DNA of 64,000 nucleotides from Flavobacteriales bacterium (GCA_046155615.1 JBJXFP010000096.1:398-64397); one strand, 5' to 3'; shown: positions 40,069-50,233, counted from the first letter of the stretch. Made by a program: numbers and translations. The notes: generated from the sequence alone by a model not told the origin.

Positions 40069-43000
40069 ATGAAAAAATTCTACACTGTATTCTTCTCTTT
40101 TATCCTTTTCGGTCAACAGACTAACAGCCAGATAGTCGTGGACTCGCTGGCCGTGGAGCAATACGTTCAGGACGTGTTGCTGGGCAATGGCGTGCAAGCC
40201 ACTAACATCAGTTTCACCGGATGCTTCGCGCAGATTGGCTATATGCACGAGGGTGTGGCCAATGGACTGAACATAGATGGTGGCGTGGTTCTCAGCTCTG
40301 ATCATGTTAAGAATATTACTGGCGTATTCACCGGCCTTTGGAACACAGGATGCACCCCCGTAGGTGGCGATGCTGACCTGCTAACAGTGGCCAATTCGGT
40401 GCCTGCACTAATCGGAGAAAGTTTCTCCGTAGGCAGCATCAACGACAAGAGCATTTTAGAATTTGACTTTGTGCCCACGGGCGACACACTTCAGTTCAAC
40501 TACATCTTCGGTAGCAACGAATATTTGGAGTGGGTTAACTCATCTTTCAACGACATCTTCGCATTCTTCCTTAGTGGCCCCGGTATCACTGGGCCTTATG
40601 ATTCACCTGCCGGATTTCCGAACGGTGCGGTCAACATTGCCTCTATTCCCGGCACCGATCCTGCCATACCTATCACCATCAGCAGTGTCAATGACCAGAG
40701 TTATGATGATTATTACATAGATAATCCCAACCACGATGCCATTGCCATAGATGGCTACACCACAGTGCTTCAGGCATTCAGCTTGGTGCAGTGCGGCCTT
40801 ACCTATCATATCAAGCTGGCCATAGCCGATGGCTCAGATGGTGCGCTGGAGAGCATTGTGATATTGGAAGAAGGAAGCTTCAGCAGCAATGCTGTGGTGG
40901 ATGTGGACTTGTCCATAAATGTGGGTGGCCCTGATGCCAATACCATTTGGGAAGATTGCGGAGAGGCCACACTCACCTTCACACGCCCGCCTATAAGCAG
41001 CTTGCAAGTAGAAGACATGGTGGTTGTGACTTGGAATGGCGTGGCTCAAATGGGAGTGGACTATACAGCCATGCCCGACACCATCATTTTCCCGATAGGT
41101 GTTTCGGAAGTGGTGCTCGACATTGACGCGTTTGAAGATGGCCTTGTGGAAGGACTTGAATTGGTGCAGATGGACATACTGAACCTTGCGGCCTGCAACG
41201 GAAGCGGCCTTGTTACCAATTTCGAATTCTTTATTGGTGATGAGCCTGAACCACTTGTAGTAGAAGGCTACACCACCGAAATATGTCAGGGCGATACCAT
41301 CACACTGGAGCCTATAATCACAGGAGGTTACGGCAATTTCTATTATGACTGGAGTACCGGTGGTACTGGTGCTACCGAAGATGTAGGCCCGCTGGCTACC
41401 ACCGATTATTTCTTAACCGTGAGCGACACCTGCGGCATGCCCAGCGATGATGGTGAGTTCACTGTGAACATCTTGGTATTTCCACCACTGAGTGTAAACA
41501 TTGACAATGGAGACATACTGCTGCCCTGCAATGGTTCAGTGAATGTGACCGCCACGGCTATAGGCGGTGATGGAGTGTACACATACTATTGGTATGATGA
41601 GAATGATAACAACCTGTGGGGTTGGATGAACTCCCTGTGGTATGGCTCGTGGAATGGTGAGGGAGAAATAAATGTGGATGTGACAGACGGTTGCGGATTC
41701 ACAACCACCGATGTGGTGAATGTGCAAATTGATTCGCCCATGCTAATAGTGGACATGGTGGATGCCGTAAGCGCACCATGCGGACAGCAATATTCTGTAA
41801 CGGTGAATGCCAGCGGTGGTACACCCACTTATTGGTACCAATGGGCATTTGATGGTGCCAACGACTGGACACAATGGACCAATACATATACAGGCACAAC
41901 AGATGAAGCAGGCACACTCACAGTCATTGTGAATGATGGCTGCGGACAGTCTGAAACCCTGAGCGCAGAAGTTACCATTGACAGCCCCCCTATTGATTTG
42001 GAATTGGTGGACAGTGTAGAAGGCAATTGCACAACGGTGTTCAACCTCGTGCCCGTGGTATCAGCCGGCAGTGGAGGTTTCGAATACCTCTGGACCGAAG
42101 GTGGCACCACTGAAGGCACAGGAGCTACACTCAACTTCAATACAGACCAGACAACAGTGGTCACCTTTTTAGTAACTGATATATGCGGAGCAGAAGCAAC
42201 CGATCAGGTAACGGTGAATATTGTAAACCCACCTGTTACCGTGGAGTTAGGTGAAGACATCAACGCATCTTGCATTGACAATACACTTATCACTCCGCAA
42301 CTACAAGGCGGCAGCGGTGCGCTCAACTTCCAGTGGTTGGTGAACGGGCAAGTGCAAGCTGCCATCACGCCCACCTTCACTTATCAAACTTTTCAGACTG
42401 CTGAAGTGGCCATAGTAGTAACAGACCTGTGCGACCAGACAGCCACAGACATGCTCACCATCATCATCCCCAATATTCCGTTAAGTATGGATGCATGGCC
42501 ACCTGACACTGCCATTTGCCCTGTGCAACAAGTTACGCTGAGTGCATTGGCTACAGGAGGCGAAGAAGGCTTTGTGTATGAATGGAATGAGCTGGAAATA
42601 CTCGGCTCATCAGTGAATGTGAACCCCGCTACTACTACCATCTATAGCGTAACTGCTACCGACATCTGCGGCTATAGCATAACAGATGAAGTAACTGTGG
42701 TGGTGCGCCCTGCCAGTGCAGAGTTTTTGGTAAACAGCCTGGGTGAAAACAATTATGTGTTTACTGCCACGCCCGGCATCAGTTGCGGCAATGAACCATG
42801 CACCTTCCTGTGGGAAATGGGTGACGGCAACACCGAAAGCACACAAGTAGTGGAATACGAATTTGACGGACTCGGTTCGTATACCACCACACTGCATGTA
42901 ACCAACGATCTGGGCTGCACCGCCTACAGCAGCTACACCATTACCGGCCCGCCACTTATATATATACCCGGCTCATTCACCCCTAATGGCGATGGAATAA

Positions 43001-43233
43001 ATGATGTGTGGAGTGTAGTGGCCAGCTCACTGCTTGAGTACGAGATAAACATATTCAACCGCTGGGGCGAAGTGGTGTTCAACAGCACCGACCCCAATAC
43101 AGTATGGATAGGCGACACAGGCAACAACCCGGACTACTACGCCAAGAACGATGTATATACCTACGTGGTGCGTGTGAAGGGCTACAACAGCGACAGCTAT
43201 ACCAAGAAGGGGATTATTACGCTGATCAGGTAA
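40069..43233 (+). CDS. Large surface protein: choice-of-anchor-L-like N-domain, many Ig-like repeats, T9SS type B (gliding motility-associated) C-terminal domain
   Basis: Signal MKKFYTVFFSFILFGQQTNSQ. N-domain LLGNGV...GVVLSS...GDADL...EFDFVPTGDTLQFNYIFGSNEY. C-terminus FTPNGDGINDVW...IFNRWGEVVF... Confidence 0.8.
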   Translation: MKKFYTVFFSFILFGQQTNSQIVVDSLAVEQYVQDVLLGNGVQATNISFTGCFAQIGYMHEGVANGLNIDGGVVLSSDHVKNITGVFTGLWNTGCTPVGGDADLLTVANSVPALIGESFSVGSINDKSILEFDFVPTGDTLQFNYIFGSNEYLEWVNSSFNDIFAFFLSGPGITGPYDSPAGFPNGAVNIASIPGTDPAIPITISSVNDQSYDDYYIDNPNHDAIAIDGYTTVLQAFSLVQCGLTYHIKLAIADGSDGALESIVILEEGSFSSNAVVDVDLSINVGGPDANTIWEDCGEATLTFTRPPISSLQVEDMVVVTWNGVAQMGVDYTAMPDTIIFPIGVSEVVLDIDAFEDGLVEGLELVQMDILNLAACNGSGLVTNFEFFIGDEPEPLVVEGYTTEICQGDTITLEPIITGGYGNFYYDWSTGGTGATEDVGPLATTDYFLTVSDTCGMPSDDGEFTVNILVFPPLSVNIDNGDILLPCNGSVNVTATAIGGDGVYTYYWYDENDNNLWGWMNSLWYGSWNGEGEINVDVTDGCGFTTTDVVNVQIDSPMLIVDMVDAVSAPCGQQYSVTVNASGGTPTYWYQWAFDGANDWTQWTNTYTGTTDEAGTLTVIVNDGCGQSETLSAEVTIDSPPIDLELVDSVEGNCTTVFNLVPVVSAGSGGFEYLWTEGGTTEGTGATLNFNTDQTTVVTFLVTDICGAEATDQVTVNIVNPPVTVELGEDINASCIDNTLITPQLQGGSGALNFQWLVNGQVQAAITPTFTYQTFQTAEVAIVVTDLCDQTATDMLTIIIPNIPLSMDAWPPDTAICPVQQVTLSALATGGEEGFVYEWNELEILGSSVNVNPATTTIYSVTATDICGYSITDEVTVVVRPASAEFLVNSLGENNYVFTATPGISCGNEPCTFLWEMGDGNTESTQVVEYEFDGLGSYTTTLHVTNDLGCTAYSSYTITGPPLIYIPGSFTPNGDGINDVWSVVASSLLEYEINIFNRWGEVVFNSTDPNTVWIGDTGNNPDYYAKNDVYTYVVRVKGYNSDSYTKKGIITLIR

Positions 43234-43302
43234 GGCTGATGGCAAACAAGCCATTCTGCAATGCAGGCTTCTTAATCGAATCAATAGAATTTCCTAAAAC
43301 AT

Positions 43303-43331
43303 AAAAAACCCGGCTTGTGCCGGGCTTTTTT
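43303..43331. terminator. Bidirectional terminator between the large surface protein gene and tRNA-Ser
   Basis: Stem cccggc / gccggg with loop ttgt, flanked by A6 and T6. Confidence 0.65.
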
Positions 43332-43340
43332 CATTGTCAG

Positions 43341-43425
43341 CGGAGAGAGAGGGATTCGAACCCCCGGAGGCTTTCACCTCAACAGTTTTCAAGACTGCCG
43401 CAATCGACCACTCTGCCATCTCTCC
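43341..43425 (-). tRNA. tRNA-Ser (anticodon UGA), type II with long variable arm
   Basis: The reverse complement reads GGAGAGATGGCAGAGTGGTCGATTGCGGCAGTCTTGAAAACTGTTGAGGTGAAAGCCTCCGGGGGTTCGAATCCCTCTCTCTCCG. It has a 7-bp acceptor stem, anticodon loop CTTGAAA and T-loop GTTCGAATC. CCA is not encoded. Confidence 0.9.
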
Positions 43426-43698
43426 GGGGCCAAATCTATCTGAGAGCATATCAATACAAAAAAAAAGTTTGTGCATGGCTGCCCATAGTCATGCTGCAAG
43501 ACCCGTCTGCCAAGGCTTTCAACTATGCATTTTAATTCACTGACTCATTTCATCTTCTACTTGAGCAGGACACAATGCTCAGTAGTTTCTACAATTTCCT
43601 GCCAATACTTACATTCAAAAGTGAATTTGTAAACCGCATGAACACGCATGAGGGCCGCTTCATGAAACTATACTTTTACCGTAGAAAATATTTGCACC

Positions 43699-45168
43699 AT
43701 GAAAAGATTTCTATTCTCGCTCTCTCTGTTCATGTTCCTTCATCAGGCACTTGCCTTTCGTGCGGTATTCGATTCCAAAATTTTCTACCATCCAACAGAT
43801 GGGCCTTATGTGGAGAGCATCATCACCTTCGATGGGGCTACCTTTAAGCAACTGGCAGCAGACTCCGGCCTGATGCAGGCCCGCGCAGCGGTTACCATCA
43901 TCATCAGCAAGCTGGACAAAGTGGTAGATTTCAGAAAGGTGGAGATATCAGGCCCGCTGGTGTTGCCCGGTGAGGCTGCAGAATTTGTCTCCATCGAAAG
44001 ATTTGTATTGCCTGCCGGCAGTTATGCTGTAGAGGTAACTATAAGCGATGCCAACGACCCCGAAGCCGAGGCCGAAACAGGCAGACAAATAGTTACTATA
44101 AATCAACCATCAGAAGGCATTTATTTTTCTGATTTCCTGATGGTATCGGCCTACCGCAAAGCAGAGCGAACCTCGCCCATCACCCGCTCAGGTATGGACA
44201 TGATGCCCTTCAACTCTGTATTCTTTCCAAGCTCCATTGGCAGCCTGATGTTCTATACAGAAATATATGGAAGCACAGCCTATTTTGGAGAGGGCAGTGC
44301 CTTTGTATCTGCTATTTGTGTAGTAGATGCTGAGGAAAAAATATACGAAGCCTGCCGCAGAATGAAGCGTGAAAACTGCGCTGATGTGGTTCCCATATTT
44401 CAGTCGCTCGATATAAGCGACCTGCCAACAGGCGAATACAAACTGCGGCTCGAAGTGCGCAATGCAAAGAATGTGGTGGTATCAAAAAATGAAATCCGCT
44501 TTAGCCGATCCAACTTGCAGATATTGGAAGGTGAGCAACTTGAAGTAAGTGAAGAAATCCTGCAACAATCTTTTGCAGGAACATTCGAATCTGCTGACTC
44601 ACTTTATGCCGTGCTGCAATCGCACCTTCCAATGGCCAACAACATAGAGCGCATCAGCATAGACAATCAACTTACCGATGCCACACTCATGCAGATGCAG
44701 AGTTTCCTATACACATTCTGGTACAACCGCAATCCCACAAGCCCTGAGGCTGCCTACAACGAATATATGGCCAAGGTGAAAAAAGTACATGAGATATTCG
44801 GCACGCGAACCAAACCCGGATGGCGAACCGATCGTGGCCGTGTGTACTTGCAATATGGTGCACCCAACACCCGCATAGTGCGCAACAGCGACAGCGACTA
44901 CTGGCCTTTTGAAATATGGCATTACTACGAAACCAACAATCACCTGCACGACCGCAGGTTTCTCTTCTATGACACCACACTGGGTGGCGACATGGAATTG
45001 CTGCACAGCGATGTGCCCGCAGAAATGAAAAACCATGAATGGAAAACCATGGTACGTTCACGTATTACCGCAGCCAATGCCGCTGGCACCTCCGACAACA
45101 ACAGCAGGCAAAACAAAGACCCATACAGTGGTGATGAGTTGGAAGACCTGTGGTTCAATCCACATTGA
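43699..45168 (+). CDS. GWxTD domain-containing protein
   Basis: Signal MKRFLFSLSLFMFLHQALA. Literal GWRTDRGRVYLQYGAPN motif followed by WPFEIWHY. Confidence 0.8.
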   Translation: MKRFLFSLSLFMFLHQALAFRAVFDSKIFYHPTDGPYVESIITFDGATFKQLAADSGLMQARAAVTIIISKLDKVVDFRKVEISGPLVLPGEAAEFVSIERFVLPAGSYAVEVTISDANDPEAEAETGRQIVTINQPSEGIYFSDFLMVSAYRKAERTSPITRSGMDMMPFNSVFFPSSIGSLMFYTEIYGSTAYFGEGSAFVSAICVVDAEEKIYEACRRMKRENCADVVPIFQSLDISDLPTGEYKLRLEVRNAKNVVVSKNEIRFSRSNLQILEGEQLEVSEEILQQSFAGTFESADSLYAVLQSHLPMANNIERISIDNQLTDATLMQMQSFLYTFWYNRNPTSPEAAYNEYMAKVKKVHEIFGTRTKPGWRTDRGRVYLQYGAPNTRIVRNSDSDYWPFEIWHYYETNNHLHDRRFLFYDTTLGGDMELLHSDVPAEMKNHEWKTMVRSRITAANAAGTSDNNSRQNKDPYSGDELEDLWFNPH

Positions 45169-45276
45169 TGCGCTGTCATTGATAAAAATGCAGGCACACA
45201 TGGCTGCCTACTTTCGCGCCTTCATTTTTTACCTAAGCAAAAAAGCAAAGGACTGACCTGACTTCAGCCATCACGA

Positions 45277-46308
45277 GTGAAACGCGCAGCCATAGCCATA
45301 CTCAACTGGAACGGAGAAAAATTTCTGCGTGAGTTCCTACCCCTTGTAGTGCAGCATAGCAGCCATATAGCCGATGTGGTAGTTATCGACAATGCAAGTA
45401 CTGATGGGTCGCTTACATATGTAAAAGAGAAATTTCCTGAAGTCATCATCGTAGAGCTGCCCGTCAACTATGGCTTTGCCGGAGGCTACAACCATGGTCT
45501 GGTTTCATTGCAGCATGAAATATTCGTGTTGCTCAACAGCGATGTGGAAGTAACTGCGGGTTGGATAGAGCCTGTGCTTGCCTACATGGATTCGCAACCC
45601 AGCATGGTGGCTTGTCAGCCAAAAATATTGGACTACCACCGCAAGCAATGGTTCGAATATGCGGGTGCAGCAGGCGGCTTTATAGATAAGGATGCGTATG
45701 CTTTTTGCGCAGGCCGCATCTTTTTCGAATTCGAGCAAGATCAGAATCAATTTGCACAAAACGAAGAAGTGTTTTGGGCATCGGGCGCAGCCATGTTCAT
45801 CAGGCGCAGTGCATGGCTTCAGGTACACGGCCTCGATGAAGACTTCTTTGCGCACATGGAAGAGATAGACCTTTGCTGGCGATTGAAAAACCGTGGCCAC
45901 AGCGTGGGTGCTTGCAGGCAATCTGTGGTGTACCATTATGGCGGAGGCACTTTAGACAGGCAGAGTCCTTTCAAGACCTATCTCAACTTTCGCAACAACC
46001 TGTACATGATTGTGAAAAATTACAGACAAAGTAACCTGTGGCTGAAACTGCTGCGCAGAATGCTGCTGGATGGCATAGCGTGTTTCCGTTTCATAGGCGA
46101 GGGCAAGTGGGCACACTTCAGTGCCGTGCTCAAGGCACATGGCAGCTTTCACAAAAACATAAGGCGCATGCTTGCCAAGCGAAAGCACGAAGGCATAGAG
46201 GCATTGCACCCCAACATGAAGGGCGTGTATCACGGTAGCATCATCAAGCATTTCTTCCTATACAGGAAAAGAAAATACAGCGAGCTGCCCGCACTGTGGA
46301 ATAAGTAA
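45277..46308 (+). CDS. Glycosyltransferase family 2
   Basis: AIAILNWNGEKFL...VIDNASTDGS and a DxD-like LDEDFF. Apparent GTG start. Confidence 0.8.
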   Translation: MKRAAIAILNWNGEKFLREFLPLVVQHSSHIADVVVIDNASTDGSLTYVKEKFPEVIIVELPVNYGFAGGYNHGLVSLQHEIFVLLNSDVEVTAGWIEPVLAYMDSQPSMVACQPKILDYHRKQWFEYAGAAGGFIDKDAYAFCAGRIFFEFEQDQNQFAQNEEVFWASGAAMFIRRSAWLQVHGLDEDFFAHMEEIDLCWRLKNRGHSVGACRQSVVYHYGGGTLDRQSPFKTYLNFRNNLYMIVKNYRQSNLWLKLLRRMLLDGIACFRFIGEGKWAHFSAVLKAHGSFHKNIRRMLAKRKHEGIEALHPNMKGVYHGSIIKHFFLYRKRKYSELPALWNK

Positions 46309-46392
46309 GCTGGTCAGTCACCATGCACCACGCAGCTAATTGCTCACTTATTTTGGCCGCGTTATCCCAACCATTTTTATCAGATACACACC

Positions 46393-46956
46393 ATGAGTGA
46401 TGAAGTGAAAATGGCCCTTGATGAGGCCACCGATGCGATGAGCAAAAGCATTGCGCATCTTGAGTTTGAACTTGGAAAAATCAGGGCAGGCAAAGCAACG
46501 CCTTCCATGCTTGACAGTGTAAAGGTGGACTACTACGGCACACCCACACCGCTCAAGAATATTGCGAATGTGAATACGCCCGATGCGCGCACCATCACCG
46601 TGCAGGCTTGGGAAAAAAACATGCTCGATGCCATTTGCAAAGCCATCATGGAAGCGAATCTGGGCCTCAATCCGCAAAACCATGGCGACCAGGTAATAAT
46701 CAATGTGCCCATGCTGACAGAGGAAAGAAGGAAAGACCTTACCAAGCGCTCGCATGCTGAAGGTGAACATGCGCGCGTAGGCATTCGCAATGCGCGCAAG
46801 GATGCAATTGACTTCATAAAAACAGCACAGAAGGATGGCTTGCCCGAAGATGAAGCCAAAGCCGGTGAAGCCAAAGTGCAGGAGCTCACGGACAAGTACA
46901 ACCGCAAAGTGGATGAGGTGCTGGCCGCCAAAGACAAAGACATCATGACGGTGTGA
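46393..46956 (+). CDS. frr: Ribosome recycling factor
   Basis: 187 aa. LDSVKVDYYGTPTPLKNIANV and LTEERRKDLTK. Confidence 0.95.
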   Translation: MSDEVKMALDEATDAMSKSIAHLEFELGKIRAGKATPSMLDSVKVDYYGTPTPLKNIANVNTPDARTITVQAWEKNMLDAICKAIMEANLGLNPQNHGDQVIINVPMLTEERRKDLTKRSHAEGEHARVGIRNARKDAIDFIKTAQKDGLPEDEAKAGEAKVQELTDKYNRKVDEVLAAKDKDIMTV

Positions 46957-46998
46957 TCGACAATTTTTTTCTGTACACATTCTAAAAAAAGAACAAGC

Positions 46999-47949
46999 AT
47001 GAACGACCAACAGATGCATGAAAATTTTCAGACCTATGTGGAAGCTGAAAACAAAGTGGAAGCCAAAGACTGGATGCCCGAGGGCTATCGCAAAACATTG
47101 GTAAGGCAAATGGCCCAGCATGCACACAGCGAAATAGTAGGCATGTTGCCCGAAGGCAATTGGATAACCCGTGCACCATCCTTGCGCAGAAAGACCATAC
47201 TGCTGAGCAAAGTGCAGGACGAAGCAGGTCACGGACTTTACCTATACAGCGCCTGCGAAACATTGGGGGTGGAAAGGGACACCCTCATCAACGAATTGCA
47301 CACGGGCAAAGCCAAGTACTCCAGCATATTCAACTACCCCACGCTGACCTGGGCCGACATAGGAGCTATAGGCTGGCTGGTGGATGGTGCCGCTATAGTA
47401 AATCAGGTGTCGCTCCAGCGCACCAGCTATGGCCCATACAGCCGTGCTATGATTCGCATTTGCAAAGAAGAAAGTTTTCATCAGCGCCAGGGTTACGAGA
47501 TAATGATAGCACTTGGCCGCAACGGCAACGATGCCCAAAAGAAGATGGCACAGGATGCACTGAACCGCTGGTGGTGGCCATCGCTCATGATGTTTGGCCC
47601 GAGCGATACACACTCGCCCAACAGTGCGCAAAACATGGCATGGAAAATAAAACGCCACAGCAACGATGAGTTGCGCCAGAAGTTTGTGGACATGTCTGTG
47701 CCGCAAGCCAACTACTTAGGACTTAGCCTTCCTGATCCGCACCTGAAATGGAACGAAGAAAAAAAGCGCTATGACTTTGGCGAAATAGACTGGACCGAAT
47801 TCAACGAGGTGGTGAAGGGCAATGGTCCATGCAACAAGCAACGTGTGGCTACGCGAAGCAAAGCCTATGAAGAAGGAGCCTGGGTGCGTGAAGCTGCAAC
47901 AGCATACGCTGAAAAACAAGCTGTGCGCAACAGGCAAGTGGCAGCGTGA
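46999..47949 (+). CDS. paaA: 1,2-phenylacetyl-CoA epoxidase subunit A-like diiron protein
   Basis: [23 protein letters not shown], plus QDEAGHGLY and [10 protein letters not shown] (two E-x-x-H diiron motifs). 316 aa. Confidence 0.8.
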   Translation: MNDQQMHENFQTYVEAENKVEAKDWMPEGYRKTLVRQMAQHAHSEIVGMLPEGNWITRAPSLRRKTILLSKVQDEAGHGLYLYSACETLGVERDTLINELHTGKAKYSSIFNYPTLTWADIGAIGWLVDGAAIVNQVSLQRTSYGPYSRAMIRICKEESFHQRQGYEIMIALGRNGNDAQKKMAQDALNRWWWPSLMMFGPSDTHSPNSAQNMAWKIKRHSNDELRQKFVDMSVPQANYLGLSLPDPHLKWNEEKKRYDFGEIDWTEFNEVVKGNGPCNKQRVATRSKAYEEGAWVREAATAYAEKQAVRNRQVAA

Positions 47950-47965
47950 AGTGAATAATGCAAAC

Positions 47966-48460
47966 TCAATCCACCCTCACTACAGTAGCCTGATCGACAC
48001 AAGCGGTGAGTAATTCCCTCACTGTTTTCTTCAAGGTAGGGTGCAGTATTTCTGCTGCTACTTCAGCAAGTGGTATTAACACGAACCTGCGCAGATGCAG
48101 GCGCGGATGCGGCACTTCGATGCACTCAGCCACATGGTGAAGGTCGTCATAAAGGAGTAAGTCCACATCCAAAGTGCGCGAGTCCACGATGCCGGGTGTA
48201 CGCTCGCGCCCAAAGAATTCTTCCAGCTCGCTTATTTCTTGTATCAATTGTGCAGGGGTCAATTCGGTGCTAATGACTATAACCTGATTGTAGAAATCAG
48301 GAGCATTGACCATGCCCCATGCAGGGCTGCGATACACAGCACTTTGTGCCAGCACATCGCCCATGTTGAAATGTATAAATGAAATAACCTCCTCCAATGT
48401 ACTGCGGCTGTCGCCCAGATTGCTGCCTGTGCAGAGGTAGGCTTTGTGCATTGGCCCCAT
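47966..48460 (-). CDS. folK: 2-amino-4-hydroxy-6-hydroxymethyldihydropteridine diphosphokinase
   Basis: YLCTGSNLGD, YRSPAWG, RTLDVDLLLY, PHPRLHLRRFVL. The start may be the Met 3 codons downstream. Confidence 0.9.
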   Translation of the reverse strand: MGPMHKAYLCTGSNLGDSRSTLEEVISFIHFNMGDVLAQSAVYRSPAWGMVNAPDFYNQVIVISTELTPAQLIQEISELEEFFGRERTPGIVDSRTLDVDLLLYDDLHHVAECIEVPHPRLHLRRFVLIPLAEVAAEILHPTLKKTVRELLTACVDQATVVRVD

Positions 48461-48826
48461 GTGGCCAAAGGTAGTATGCGCCCTACCTGAAGAACTTCTT
48501 TAGGTCGATTTTGGTATGCACCGTGCAGCCGTTCACTGTGCTTGGTCATAGCGCCTATTGCGTTTACCAGTTTGTATTTACATATACGAGTGCAGTTGCG
48601 GGGAGATTTGGGGAATATAGTTCCCCCCATGTTTAGAACACGGTTGGTATGATTTGTAATTGTATTCAACCCACATTTTTGTAAAATAAGGAGTCTGCAA
48701 AATGTCTTTGGAGTGCGAGTGTTTTCAGATATTGGAGATACCCTGAAGCTTTTTCTTAGGCAAATAGCATAATTACTTCCCTGTGCCTGAAAGACCAAGT
48801 TCTTTACTTATTTGCTCATGCTCACC

Positions 48827-50116
48827 TCAAATCAACCCCCGTGCTTTCAGCTCTAAGTATTTGTTCACTGTATTTATGCTCAGGTCTTCGGGCTTGCTGA
48901 GTATTGTTTGTATGCCATACTTGCGGAAGCGTGCTACTATTTGTTTCTTGTCGTTGAGTAGTTTTTTGGCAATGGTTTGCGCGTAGATGTCGCTGAGGTA
49001 GTCGGGTTTGTTGTCAGAGTATTTCTCTAATTCTGTGTTTTCAAAAATCATAACTACCAGCAGATGCATGGCGTTAATCTTTTGTATCACCGGCAATGCA
49101 CGCTCCATGGCATAAGCACTTTCAAAATTGAGGTAGAGGAATAGGAGGCTGCGGCCATGTATCACATTCTTCACGGCACGGTACATCAGCTCGTAGTTGG
49201 CTTCAAATGGCTGCGGCTTTTCGCGGTAAAGTTGATAGAGAATTTTTTTCAGTTGCAACTCACTTCTGTCGGCAGGCAGCGTGCTGCCTATGCGGTTGGC
49301 AAAGGTGATGAGGCCCGTCTTGTCATACTTCTTCAATGCAATGTTGGCCAGCACTAAGCTGGTGTTTACACTGTAGTCCAGCAGGCTCAGTCCGTTGAAG
49401 GGCATGTGCATACTGCGGCTTTTGTCCAGCACCATATATACCTGTTGCGAGCGTTCGTCTTCATACTGATTTACCATCAGCGTATTTCTACGGCCTGTTG
49501 CTTTCCAATTGATGGTGCGTATGTCATCGCCCTGCACATAGTTTCTTATTTTCTCAAACTCGTAGCTATGGCCAAGTCTGCGTATGTGCTTGATGCCTTC
49601 GTAATTGCTGATACGCGCAAATGCCAGCAGTTCGTACTTTTTCATTTGTATGATGCTGGGCAAGACCGGCACCATTTGCGGAGTGGCAAGCAGCACCCTT
49701 CGCGCGCAGAGTCCGAGCACAGTGGTGGCTATTGCATTCAGCATATTGAAGTGATACTCTCCGCGTATTACAGGGCGCAACGTGTAACTGATGTTTTCAA
49801 AACTGCCGGCACCGAGTACCACTTTGCGAAAAAAATTGCGCTCCTGAAACTGTACCGGAAGCTCGTCATACAACTCCGCACGCAATGTGAATCGCGCACT
49901 GTTCTCCACAGTCATCTCCACGGGGTTGTGGTCGCCAAGCGAAAATATTTTGCCGGTGTTTCTTGTCGCATGCAGTTTGTTTTTGATACCCGAAAGCAAA
50001 AGCGTATCGGCTATAGTAAGTGCAGCCAATGCCGCAAGTGCCACATTGGCCAATGCCTCCAACGGCATCAATGCAAAGCTGAGTGCATAGAGAAAAATGA
50101 CTACACCCAGAGCCAT
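48827..50116 (-). CDS. DUF58 domain-containing protein (MoxR-associated, vWA-like fold)
   Basis: Two N-terminal TM helices. IRNYVQGDDIRTINWKATGRRNTLMVNQYEDERSQ is the characteristic DUF58 core. Lies downstream of moxR. Confidence 0.8.
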   Translation of the reverse strand: MALGVVIFLYALSFALMPLEALANVALAALAALTIADTLLLSGIKNKLHATRNTGKIFSLGDHNPVEMTVENSARFTLRAELYDELPVQFQERNFFRKVVLGAGSFENISYTLRPVIRGEYHFNMLNAIATTVLGLCARRVLLATPQMVPVLPSIIQMKKYELLAFARISNYEGIKHIRRLGHSYEFEKIRNYVQGDDIRTINWKATGRRNTLMVNQYEDERSQQVYMVLDKSRSMHMPFNGLSLLDYSVNTSLVLANIALKKYDKTGLITFANRIGSTLPADRSELQLKKILYQLYREKPQPFEANYELMYRAVKNVIHGRSLLFLYLNFESAYAMERALPVIQKINAMHLLVVMIFENTELEKYSDNKPDYLSDIYAQTIAKKLLNDKKQIVARFRKYGIQTILSKPEDLSINTVNKYLELKARGLI

Positions 50117-50182
50117 GAAGAAACGCCCCGTGAGCCGGAAACTTTGCAGTGGTGATATTTTAGTTGGATGCTGGATGTGTAA

Positions 50183-50224
50183 CAGTTGACTGGTGTCAGT
50201 TGACAGGTGACAGTTGACAGGTAA
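50183..50224. repeat. Three tandem 14-nt units (cagttgacNNgtNN) in the moxR-DUF58 spacer
   Basis: cagttgac occurs at 50183, 50197 and 50211, an exact 14-nt period. Confidence 0.5.
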
Positions 50225-50233
50225 CTGGTGTTT

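Noticed and set aside
43233-43699. tRNA-Ser as a possible genomic-island integration site
   Set aside because: There is no integrase, no visible repeat of the tRNA 3' end and no phage or mobile genes on either side. The flanking genes look like ordinary Bacteroidota surface-protein genes.
46348-47232. 294 aa minus-strand ORF spanning frr and the start of paaA
   Set aside because: It overlaps two confidently recognised plus-strand genes. The translation is His/Phe/Cys-rich and motif-free, so it is a shadow ORF.
48277-48798. 173 aa minus-strand ORF overlapping folK
   Set aside because: It overlaps the folK 5' region out of frame, has no motif or signal, and has Arg/Cys/Thr-rich composition. 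The non-overlapping part is treated as unexplained spacer in the findings.
50161-50233. TTGAC-containing repeats as a possible mini-CRISPR array
   Set aside because: There are only three 14-nt units with no unique spacers between them and no cas genes, so it is a simple tandem repeat.
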